Shown here: positions 1 to 9,600 of the stretch, in pieces
Layout: every line of letters begins with the position of its first letter
Position numbering within the stretch: position 1 is the stretch's first letter
IMG/VR virus record: IMGVR_UViG_3300013006_000027
Location: 1 to 64,000 of that record
Source of the DNA: a virus
Length of the DNA stretch: 64,000 nucleotides
Direction: 5' to 3' (one strand)
The notes under the pieces: model-generated
What the model was told of the DNA's origin: nothing
The model's database searches: none
Seen by the model: only the letters and a program-made list of their open reading frames with translations
Position numbers and translations under genes: made by a program

Positions 1-60
1 ACAACTACAGCAGGTCCAGGTACAACTACGACAACTACAGCAGGTCCAGGTACAACTACG
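1..60 (+). repeat. 30-bp tandem repeat encoding the TTTAGPGTTT linker
   Basis: acaactacagcaggtccaggtacaactacg twice exactly; another 30-bp duplication at 385-444. Confidence 0.9.
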
Positions 61-2319
61 ACAACTACGGCAGCACCAGGCCCAACCATAATACAGTATA
101 CGTTAACAAATATAGGAACAGAAGGACTAACTATTCAGTCAATGACCTTCAACGATCCTCCAAATATAGGTCATATTGCTAATTTAATAAATTTAGGTGG
201 TTCTAGTGCTGAGACCGGTAATGCATCATTAGTCTATAACTTTCCCGCAAGTACAACACAAACTTTTACTCTAGATTATACTAATTCTGGAGCTGCCCCG
301 GGAACATATCTTGGTAATGTAATTATTGGCGGTAGTAATAGTACCAGTCAAACTATAAATAGTACCATTACGGTCGTTGGAGGAGGTACTACTTCAACTA
401 CAACAGCAGGACCAGGTACTACTTCAACTACAACAGCAGGACCATCACCATCTGGAGTCGGGGCTATATTTGGATTTGGTGCTGATGCCTCATCTGCATA
501 TCTTTCAACGACCAATCTAGTGTCTGCCACTGGTGTTGTTGCTGCTGATGTTACTAGTGTTGGCACTGGTAGATTTGGTCTAGCAGCAGCTAGTTATGGC
601 GGTGATAAAGCTATATTTGGATTTGGAACCGCTGTTCTCTTGTTTGTTCCGTTGCAAGATTGTAATATAACCAATCTAGTAAATAATCTTGGTGTTGTTG
701 CTACAGATAATTCTGGTGTTGGTACTGCAAGGGGGGGTCTAGCAGCAGCAGGATATGGTGGCGATAAAGCTATATTTGGATTTGGTGAAATCAATAGTAG
801 TGGTTATACCCCTGTAAATATGACCAATCTAGTAACTAATACTGGTGTTGTTGCTACCGACCAATCCGCATTAACTGGTACAGCAAGATATCAACTAGCA
901 GCAGCAGGATATGGTGGCGATAAAGCTATATTTGGATTTGGTCAGGATTTCTATCCAGGGACTGTCTTTTCAATAACCAATCTAGTAGATAATCTTGGTG
1001 TTGTTGTTGCTGACCAAACCGCATTAACTGGTACCGCAAGGCAAGGTCTAGCCGCAGCAGGGTATGGTGGCGATAAAGCTATATTTGGATTTGGCTCTAA
1101 TAGTAGTGGTTATACCACTGTAAATATAACCAATCTAGTAAATAATCTTGGTGTTGTTGCTACAGATACCACTGGTGTTGGTACCGCAAGGCAAGGTCTA
1201 GCCGCAGCAGGATATGGTGGCGATAAAGCTATATTTGGATTTGGTTATACCGGTTCTTCCTACACTAACATAACTAATTTAGTATCTAATACTGGAGTTG
1301 TTGTTGCTGATCAAACCGCATTAACTGGTACTGCAAGATCGGCTTTAGCAGGAGCTAGTCTTGGTAGTGCAGTCACACCTACAACTACAACTACTACAAC
1401 AGCAGCACCTTCTGGGCCTACACAGGCTATATTTGGATTTGGAAGTGATCCACTTAATGACGTTTCAACAACCAACCTAGTAGATAGTAATGGTGTTGTT
1501 GCTGCTAACCAAACTGCATTAACTGGTACTCCGAGGAGTGGTTTAGCAGCAGCAGGATATGGCGGTGATAAGGCTATATTTGGATTTGGTTATGCATACC
1601 CTGCAGGTAATTATTCAGTAACCAATCTAGTAGATAATCTTGGTGTTGTAGTTGCAGATACACCCGGTGTTGGTACTCCAAGAAGAAGTGTGGCGGCAGC
1701 AGGATATGGTACTGATAAAGCTATATTTGGATTTGGATTTACTGGCACTTCTGTTTCAATAACCAATCTAGTAAATAATCTTGGTGTTGTTTCTGCTGAT
1801 CAAGCCTTATTAACTGGTACTCCAAGAGGTAATTTAGCAGCAGCAGGATTTGGTGTTGATCAAGCTATATTTGGATTTGGAGTTACGGGCACCAGTACTA
1901 CTTTATCAACAACCAACCTAGTATCTAATACTGGTGTTGTTTCTGCTGATCAAACTGCATTAACTGGTACTCCGAGGGCTAGTTTAGCAGCAGCAGGATA
2001 TGGCGGTGATAAAGCTATATTTGGATTTGGTTTTGATAATGGTACTTTTACACCGCTTTCAGTAACCAACCTAGTAGATAATCTTGGTGTTGTTGCTACA
2101 GATACCTCTGGTGTTGGTACTCCAAGGTCTGGTTTAGCAGCAGCAGGATATGGTACTGATAAAGCTATATTTGGATTTGGTACTACTCTGAGTAGTAGTG
2201 GTGGTACTAAGGTATCAATAACCAATCTAGTAAATAATCTTGGTGTTGTTGCTGTTGACCAAACTGCATTGACTGGTACTGCAAGAAGTGCTCTAGCAGC
2301 AGCTAGTTTTGGTACCTAA
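1..2319 (+). CDS. 5'-partial virion surface protein: Thr-rich linker, Ig-like (ASH/choice-of-anchor D-like) domain, two 6-bladed Kelch-like beta-propellers
   Basis: Frame is open from base 1 (TTTAGPGTTTT...YTLTNIGTEGLTIQSM), so it extends beyond the ORF-track start at 142; 12 repeats of AIFGFG-x(7-13)-ITNLV.N.GVV.TD..GVGTARxxLAAAGYGGDK in two groups of six. Confidence 0.85.
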   Translation, partial: TTTAGPGTTTTTTAGPGTTTTTTAAPGPTIIQYTLTNIGTEGLTIQSMTFNDPPNIGHIANLINLGGSSAETGNASLVYNFPASTTQTFTLDYTNSGAAPGTYLGNVIIGGSNSTSQTINSTITVVGGGTTSTTTAGPGTTSTTTAGPSPSGVGAIFGFGADASSAYLSTTNLVSATGVVAADVTSVGTGRFGLAAASYGGDKAIFGFGTAVLLFVPLQDCNITNLVNNLGVVATDNSGVGTARGGLAAAGYGGDKAIFGFGEINSSGYTPVNMTNLVTNTGVVATDQSALTGTARYQLAAAGYGGDKAIFGFGQDFYPGTVFSITNLVDNLGVVVADQTALTGTARQGLAAAGYGGDKAIFGFGSNSSGYTTVNITNLVNNLGVVATDTTGVGTARQGLAAAGYGGDKAIFGFGYTGSSYTNITNLVSNTGVVVADQTALTGTARSALAGASLGSAVTPTTTTTTTAAPSGPTQAIFGFGSDPLNDVSTTNLVDSNGVVAANQTALTGTPRSGLAAAGYGGDKAIFGFGYAYPAGNYSVTNLVDNLGVVVADTPGVGTPRRSVAAAGYGTDKAIFGFGFTGTSVSITNLVNNLGVVSADQALLTGTPRGNLAAAGFGVDQAIFGFGVTGTSTTLSTTNLVSNTGVVSADQTALTGTPRASLAAAGYGGDKAIFGFGFDNGTFTPLSVTNLVDNLGVVATDTSGVGTPRSGLAAAGYGTDKAIFGFGTTLSSSGGTKVSITNLVNNLGVVAVDQTALTGTARSALAAASFGT

Positions 2320-2326
2320 CTATTAG

Positions 2327-2370
2327 TATTCATACGCATATTGGATCATTGTAACAAGTTTATTATGAGA
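2327..2370. repeat. 44-bp dispersed repeat, copy 1 (copy 2 at 5757-5800)
   Basis: tattcatacgcatattggatcattgtaacaagtttattatgaga; 41/44 identical to copy 2; each lies 7 nt after the stop of a propeller gene. Confidence 0.9.
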
Positions 2371-2410
2371 GAATAGCAATATTATAAATGAATAATTATA
2401 TATTTACTAT

Positions 2411-2418
2411 GATAAATA
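2411..2418 (+). promoter_or_regulatory. T4-type late promoter core
   Basis: GATAAATA 16 nt before ATG; (A/C)TAAATA recurs before many structural genes (6625, 12616, 19967, 20722, 23163, 23892, 25459, 44321, 47554, 50355, 50844, 51795, 53860, 57110; minus strand 62600). Confidence 0.7.
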
Positions 2419-2434
2419 TATAAAAGATGAATAT

Positions 2435-5400
2435 ATGGCAGCAAGACAATTTACATTAAGAAATGCTGGAACAAGTAGTTTAGTTATACAGTCAGTGACT
2501 TTTAATGGTCTTTCTGGCATTGGTCATACCGCTAATTTGGTAAATTTAGGTGGTTCAAGCACCGAGACTGGTAATGCAACGTTGTCGTATACTCTTGCTT
2601 CAAATACTGTGCAAACTTTTACAGTAGATTATTATGACGCAGGCGCCGGCCTTGGAACATATACCGGTAATATAGTAATTGGTTGTAGCAATAATGTCAG
2701 TTCAACTACTATATCTAGTACAGTTCGGATTAATCCAACAACTACTACTACAACATCTACTACTACAACATCTACTACTACAACAACCACACGAGCACCT
2801 ACTACAACAACTACACGAGGACCTACTACAACAACTACAACAGCAGGACCAGGTACAACTACAACCACACGAGCACCTACAACTACAACTACAACTACAG
2901 CAGCTCCATTATCTGGAGCTAGGGCTATATTTGGATTTGGTAGCAATGGCTCTCTTAATTTTCTTGCTATAACTAATAAAGTATCTGATACTGGTGTTGT
3001 ACAGACCGATATTACTTATCCGTTTAGTACTCCAAGATATGGCGCGGCAGCAGCAGGATTTGGAGGAGATCAAGCTATATTTGGATTTGGTCAAATTAAA
3101 ATTGCTAACGTCTTCATCCCGACTTCTATAACCAATCTAGTAGATAATACTGGTGTTGTTGCTACTGATACTGAGGGTGTTGGTACTGCAAGATATAGTC
3201 TAGCAGCAACAGGATATGGCGGTGATAAGGCTATATTTGGATTTGGTGAAACTAGTGGTCCTACCGTTGTCTCCATGACCAACCTAGTAGATAATACAGG
3301 TGTTGTTGCCACTGATACTACAGGTGTTGGTACTCCAAGGCGAAGTTTGGCAGCAGCTAGTTATGGTTATGATAAGGCTATATTTGGATTTGGCGTTCGA
3401 ACTGGTGGGGCGACTTCTATAACCAATCTAGTATCTAATCTCGGTGTTGTTGCTACTGACCAAACCACATTAACTGGTACAGCAAGGCAAGGTCTAGCAG
3501 CCGCAGGATATGGGTATGATAAAGCTATATTTGGATTTGGTTGGGATATTAATCTTATTTATGTTTCAATAACCAATAAAGTAACTAATACCGGAGTAAT
3601 TGCCGCAGATATTACTAGTGTTGGTACTGCAAGGCAAGGTCTAGCAGGATCAGGCTATGGCAGTGATACAGCTATATTTGGATTTGGTAGTTCCAATGGT
3701 CCTGTTTATTATTCAATAACCAATCTAGTATCTAATCTTGGTGTTGTTGCTACTGATACTGCTGGTGTTGGTACTGCAAGGTCGTTTCTTGCAGCAGCAA
3801 GATTTGGTGCTACTGTAGTTCCACCTAGTACTACCACAACAACGGCAGGACCACCAGCTGGACTTAATGCTATATTTGGATTTGGACGGGTCGATGGAGA
3901 TGGTTATTTTTCAATGACCAATAAAGTATCTGATACTGGCGTTGTTGCTACAGATACTACTGGTGTTGGTACTGCAAGAAATAGGTTAGCAGCAGCAGGA
4001 TTTGGCGGTAATAAAGCTATATTTGGATTTGGAGACCGCGGTGGTGAATTTGGTACTTCCATAACTAATACTGTATCTGATCAAGGGGTTGTTGCTACAG
4101 ATACCGCTGGTGTTGGTACAGGAAGGATGGATCTAGCAGCAGCAGGATATGGCAGTGATAAAGCTATATTTGGATTTGGACATGTCAATTTCGCCGAGAC
4201 TGAGTTATCAATAACCAATCTAGTAGATAATACAGGTGTTGTTGCCACTGATACTACAGGTGTTGGTACTGCAAGATATGGTTTAGCAGCCGCAAGTTAT
4301 GGCGGTGATAAAGCTATATTTGGATTTGGACAGGCCAATTTAATCAATGTTTCAATGACTAATCTAGTATCTAATCTCGGTGTTGTTGCTACTGATACTA
4401 CTGGTGTTGGTACTGCAAGACATTATCTAGCCGCAGCAGGATATGGTAGTGGTCAGGCTATATTTGGATATGGTCTAATCAGTGGTTATGTTTCAGTAAC
4501 TAATTTAGTATCTGATCAAGGGGTTGTTGCTACAGATACCGCTGGTGTCGGCAGTGCAAGGGGTTATCTAGCAGCAGCAGGATTTGGTGGCGATCAGGCT
4601 ATTTTTGGATTTGGAACTGTTTCTGGCGGCGGTTCTGGTACTGCAATAACTAATCTAGTAAATAATCTCGGTGTTGTTGCTACTGATACAGCCGGTGTTG
4701 GTACTGGAAGATGGGGACTAGCAGCAGCAAGTTATGGCAGTGGATCCGCACCAATCAATACCACGACTACAACCACATCAGGATCTACAACTACTAGTAC
4801 AACCACATCAGGATCTACAACTACTAGTACAACCACATCAGGATCTACAACTACGACAACGGCAGCACCATCAACTGGATTTAGAGCTATATTTGGATTT
4901 GGGTATGTTTCATTTAGTACTAATATAACTAATCTAGTATCTAATACTGGTGTTGTTTCTACAGATACCGCTGGTGTTGGTACTGAAAGGGAAAGTCTAG
5001 CAGCAGCCGGGTATGGTGGTGATCGAGCTATATTTGGATTTGGAATAGATACGTCTGGGTACCTGTCGATGACTAATCTAGTATCTAATACTGGTGTTGT
5101 TGCTACTGATACTACTGGTGTTGGTACTACAAGATATTATCTAGCAGCAGCAGGATATGGCGGTGATAAAGCTATATTTGGATTTGGTACTACTGGTAGT
5201 AGAACTAATATAACCAACCTAGTATCTAATACTGGTGTTGTTGCGACAGATACCGCTGGTGTTGGTACTGCATTAAGTACTCTAGCAGCAGCCGGGTATG
5301 GTTATGATAAGGCTATATTTGGATTTGGAGTGGATACCTTATTTGTTACAGTTTCAATAACTAGTCTATTTTCTAATACTGGCATTTTTGTTAGTGAATC

Positions 5401-5749
5401 TACAAGTGTTGGTACTGCAAGGGAAAGTCTAGCAGCAGCAGGATTTGGAGGAGATCAAGCTATATTTGGATTTGGGTACTTGGGCGGTACCGGGGATTTG
5501 TCAATAACCAATCTAGTGTCTAATCTTGGTGTTGTTGCTGCTGACCAAACTGCATTAAATGGTTCTCCAAGATATAATCTAGCGGCAGCAGGGTATGGCG
5601 GTGATAAGGCTATATTTGGATATGGAAGAGCCTTTGGCGCCATTACCAACGTAACCAATCTAGTATCTAATCTTGGTGTTGTTGCTACAGATACTCTTGG
5701 TGTTGGTACTGCACGAGAACGTCTAGCAGCAGCAGGATATGGCACTTGA
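2435..5749 (+). CDS. virion surface protein: Ig-like domain, Thr-rich stalk, three 6-bladed Kelch-like propellers
   Basis: N-terminal domain paralogous to that of the upstream ORF (GH.ANL.NLGGSS.ETGNA); 18 repeats in three groups of six separated by poly-Thr linkers. Confidence 0.85.
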   Translation: MAARQFTLRNAGTSSLVIQSVTFNGLSGIGHTANLVNLGGSSTETGNATLSYTLASNTVQTFTVDYYDAGAGLGTYTGNIVIGCSNNVSSTTISSTVRINPTTTTTTSTTTTSTTTTTTRAPTTTTTRGPTTTTTTAGPGTTTTTRAPTTTTTTTAAPLSGARAIFGFGSNGSLNFLAITNKVSDTGVVQTDITYPFSTPRYGAAAAGFGGDQAIFGFGQIKIANVFIPTSITNLVDNTGVVATDTEGVGTARYSLAATGYGGDKAIFGFGETSGPTVVSMTNLVDNTGVVATDTTGVGTPRRSLAAASYGYDKAIFGFGVRTGGATSITNLVSNLGVVATDQTTLTGTARQGLAAAGYGYDKAIFGFGWDINLIYVSITNKVTNTGVIAADITSVGTARQGLAGSGYGSDTAIFGFGSSNGPVYYSITNLVSNLGVVATDTAGVGTARSFLAAARFGATVVPPSTTTTTAGPPAGLNAIFGFGRVDGDGYFSMTNKVSDTGVVATDTTGVGTARNRLAAAGFGGNKAIFGFGDRGGEFGTSITNTVSDQGVVATDTAGVGTGRMDLAAAGYGSDKAIFGFGHVNFAETELSITNLVDNTGVVATDTTGVGTARYGLAAASYGGDKAIFGFGQANLINVSMTNLVSNLGVVATDTTGVGTARHYLAAAGYGSGQAIFGYGLISGYVSVTNLVSDQGVVATDTAGVGSARGYLAAAGFGGDQAIFGFGTVSGGGSGTAITNLVNNLGVVATDTAGVGTGRWGLAAASYGSGSAPINTTTTTTSGSTTTSTTTSGSTTTSTTTSGSTTTTTAAPSTGFRAIFGFGYVSFSTNITNLVSNTGVVSTDTAGVGTERESLAAAGYGGDRAIFGFGIDTSGYLSMTNLVSNTGVVATDTTGVGTTRYYLAAAGYGGDKAIFGFGTTGSRTNITNLVSNTGVVATDTAGVGTALSTLAAAGYGYDKAIFGFGVDTLFVTVSITSLFSNTGIFVSESTSVGTARESLAAAGFGGDQAIFGFGYLGGTGDLSITNLVSNLGVVAADQTALNGSPRYNLAAAGYGGDKAIFGYGRAFGAITNVTNLVSNLGVVATDTLGVGTARERLAAAGYGT
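4771..4854 (+). repeat. 30-bp tandem repeat (TTSGSTTTST linker), about 2.8 copies
   Basis: aaccacatcaggatctacaactactagtac repeated. Confidence 0.9.
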
Positions 5750-5756
5750 TTATCTT

Positions 5757-5800
5757 TATTCATACGCATATTGGATCATTCTAACAAGTTTGATATGAGA
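5757..5800. repeat. 44-bp dispersed repeat, copy 2
   Basis: tattcatacgcatattggatcattctaacaagtttgatatgaga. Confidence 0.9.
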
Positions 5801-5920
5801 AAAATATGTTTCATGACTTTTAGATAGGCATATATATTCAATACAGCAAGGATCAATTCATATCATTTCTCTAAAAAGATATGCTATTGTCAATGCTAAC
5901 TTTTTATATAAGGAATATAT

Positions 5921-6562
5921 ATGCCATCAAAATTTAACTCTGAATTTAATTACCGTTACCTGGTCAACGGCGAAACACCTTGGGAAAAAATCAAAATCCT
6001 TAAAGGATTTTTGGAAGGTAGAAAACGTGCTGCTTGTTTGGAAGAAGTTGCCGCAAAAAAACGTTTGGCAAAAGAACTAGAATTGGAAAACTGCAAAAAT
6101 AACAATGCATTACCCCATGTTATCTTAAATTTAGAAGCAGAACTCTTAGAATCTAAATCTTTTGATGAAGGACAAAATGAAGCATGGGAATTAAATCGAC
6201 AAGAAATTGCATTTTTAGAAAGTTTTCTAGCAGAAATATATGAGGTCGCTGAACAAACTAGAATTCCCGGTTATACAGATGAACAAATGTTTGAAGCAAA
6301 TGCTGCATACGAGTTTACTGTTATGCTTGGAAAAGAAATTCAAGCAGAAATTATTGCAAATGGTCGACCATCACCTGCAAAATTAAGAAATGCTATGTCA
6401 AATCCATATACATTTGAAACTTTGAAGAGAGTAGGACTAGTTCCACAAGAAGCAGTCTTATTAGATACTACTGTTCAAAATCCATTAGAGTTGGCATTTA
6501 ATGAAGTTGTTACTGAAACTAAAAATTTACAAATTCAACATAGTAACGTAAAAACAGAGTAA
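5921..6562 (+). CDS. hypothetical alpha-helical protein within the propeller gene cluster
   Basis: 213 aa, AAGGA RBS, E/K-rich helical composition. Confidence 0.8.
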   Translation: MPSKFNSEFNYRYLVNGETPWEKIKILKGFLEGRKRAACLEEVAAKKRLAKELELENCKNNNALPHVILNLEAELLESKSFDEGQNEAWELNRQEIAFLESFLAEIYEVAEQTRIPGYTDEQMFEANAAYEFTVMLGKEIQAEIIANGRPSPAKLRNAMSNPYTFETLKRVGLVPQEAVLLDTTVQNPLELAFNEVVTETKNLQIQHSNVKTE

Positions 6563-6660
6563 TCTTTGTACCTAAAAATCATTTGGTATAAAGATGTACT
6601 GTGCAGGTAAGATAATATAAATTTGATAAATATTCATAGAATATATTTCAGGAATATCCA

Positions 6661-9600
6661 ATGACCTATGCACAGTACAATCTTATAGAAGCATCTGATT
6701 TCAATGCCCTAATTGGTAACAATCCTGGTAATACAGCAAATACACTTAACACTACATGGGCCGTTGGTAACGGTAACGCTGGTTACGGACAGCAGCAGGT
6801 AGCAAATGTTGCTATAGGATATACTGTTGCTAATATTGATTGGGCTACTTTAATTAATAATACCGCAAACTCAGCGGCTCATCAAGGTTCTACAATTACT
6901 AGTGTTACTCCACCTTCTGGCGGAAATACTATAGCATATATTGCTGCGGTTACAAATAATTTAACTACAATTTATAATAATCGTCTTAATGCAGTAGCGC
7001 AAGGGCTGATCCCTGCATCTAACACTGTTACTAGTGGTAACACGTGGACTAGTAATATAGTATTCACTCAGACAGCATCTTTTGCGAATGGTGATGCGGC
7101 TCGATACTTTTTTAATGCAGGTGGACAGTTAGTTATTACCTGTGCTCATCCAACTGGTAGTACAATTAACAATATATTCCATGGTTTAGCTGCAAACATA
7201 GGCAATGTTACATTAAGTTCACCTACAACAGGTGTTATAAATGTTGCCGGTAATTCGTTTAGTGGTATTAGTAAATTAGGAGGAAGTGGACAAACACCTA
7301 GTATACTTACTAACAATGGGTATTATGCGTTGACAACTAGTAACGCAAATGTATTTACACAAATTGATGGTGTGGATTCTACTTTTAGTTCTAGCTATAT
7401 TAATATAAAAGTTAAATCTAATGGAACTCAAGGTAGTTACGGAGATGCAGGAAATGTTATAACATTCTATACTACATGGCAGGAACTACCAGTTGGTACG
7501 ACAGTATCAGCAGGTACGGCAACTACGCTAACTGCGATTTATCCATCAAGTAATAATATTGCCAACACTTGGGGTACGGTAACTGTTCAAGGATCATCAC
7601 CGATCACACCAACAACTACTACTACAACTACAACAGGCCCGGGCACTACAACTACAACTACAGCAGCTCCATCACCAGCTCCAGCTGGATCTGCTATATT
7701 TGGATTTGGATTTGGTACTAAACCGAGTGGTCAAGGTGCACTCAACATGACCAATCTAGTAAATTATTTTGGTGTTGTTGCTACAGATACCACTGGTGTT
7801 GGTACTGAAAGATCTGGTCTAGCAGCAGCAGGATATGGTGTTGGTCAGGCTATATTTGGATTTGGTTACACCGGTGGTGGTACTTATTTTTCGATCACCA
7901 ATCTAGTATCTAGTGCTGGTGTTGTTGCTACAGATACGACTGGTGTTGGTACTGCAAGGCGAGAACTAGCAGCAGCAGGATATGGTAGTGGTCAGGCTAT
8001 ATTTGGATTTGGTGAAGACGCCGGCTCGGTTGCCGTTTCAATAACCAACCTAGTAGATAATACAGGTGTTGTTGCTACTGATACTACTGGTGTTGGTACT
8101 GCAAGGAATGGACTAGCAGCAGCCGAATATGGTGTTGGTCAGGCTATATTTGGATTTGGAAGTTCTTCTGGTGGGTATTATACGAATATAACCAATCTAG
8201 TAAATAATCTTGGTGTTGTTGCTACTGACCAAACTGCATTAACTGGTACTATAAGATCTAGACTAGCAGCCGCAGGATATGGCGGTAATAAAGCTATATT
8301 TGGATTTGGAAATGATGGGGTATCTCATGTTTCAATTACCAATCTAGTATCTAATCTTGGTGTTGTTGCTGCTAACCAAACCGCATTAACTGGCACAGCA
8401 AGATCTAATCTAGCAGCAGCAGGATATGGTGGTGATAAAGCAATATTTGGATTTGGAGCTTTTGGTAGCGGTTTAACCCGAACTTCTATAACCAATCTAG
8501 TATCTAATCTTGGTGTTGTTGCTGCTGATGTTACTGGGGTTGGTACTGCAAGGCAGGACCTTGCAGCAGCAGGATATGGTAGTGGACCCCCACCATTGAC
8601 TACAACTACAACTACAGCAGCTCCAACACCTACACCTGGATCTGCTATATTTGGATTTGGATTGAATAATGTCGGCGATGAAACATCAATAACCAATCTA
8701 GTAAATAATAACGGTGTCGTTAGTAATGATGTTACTAGTGTTGGTACTGCAAGGCGAAGTCCAGCAGCGGCAGGATATGGCACTGATAAGGCTATATTTG
8801 GATTTGGATTTGCAAATCTACTAAGTTACATCGCAATAACTAATCTAGTATCTAATCTTGGTGTGGTTGCCACAGATACTGCTGGTGTTGGTACTCCAAG
8901 ATCTGCTTTAGCAGCAGCAGGATATGGTGGTGATAAAGCTATATTTGGATTTGGTAATGATAATAGTGGTGCACCTTTTTCAATGACCAATCTAGTAAAT
9001 AATCTTGGTGTGGTTGCTGCTGATACCACTGGTGTTGGTACGGCAAGATATGGTCTAGCAGCAGCAGGATTTGGTGTTGGTCAAGCTATATTTGGATTTG
9101 GAAATACTGGCATTGCTGTTTCAATAACCAATCTAGTAGATAATAACGGTGTTATTGTTTCTGAAACTGCTGGTGTTGGTACTGCAAGATATGGTCTAGC
9201 AGCAGCAGGGTATGATAGTGATAAAGCTATATTTGGATTTGGTAGATCATCTAGTTTAACATCAATAACCAATAAAGTATCTAATCTTGGTGTCGTGCAG
9301 GCTGATGTTACCAATCTTAGCTCTACAGCAAGAGATGCTCTAGCAGCAGCAGGATACGGTAGTGGTCAAGCTATATTTGGATTTGGTAGAGTAGGCCCCT
9401 TATCGGGAACTGCTTCGGTTCGAATAATCAATCTAGTAAATAACCTAGGTACTATTGTTAGTGAATCTGCTGGTGTTGGTACTCCAAGGTCTGGACTAGC
9501 AGCAGCAGGGTATGGTGGTGTACCTCCTTCGCCACCTACAACTACAACTACAACTACAATAGGCCCAGGCACTACAACTACTACTACAACCGCAAGTCCA

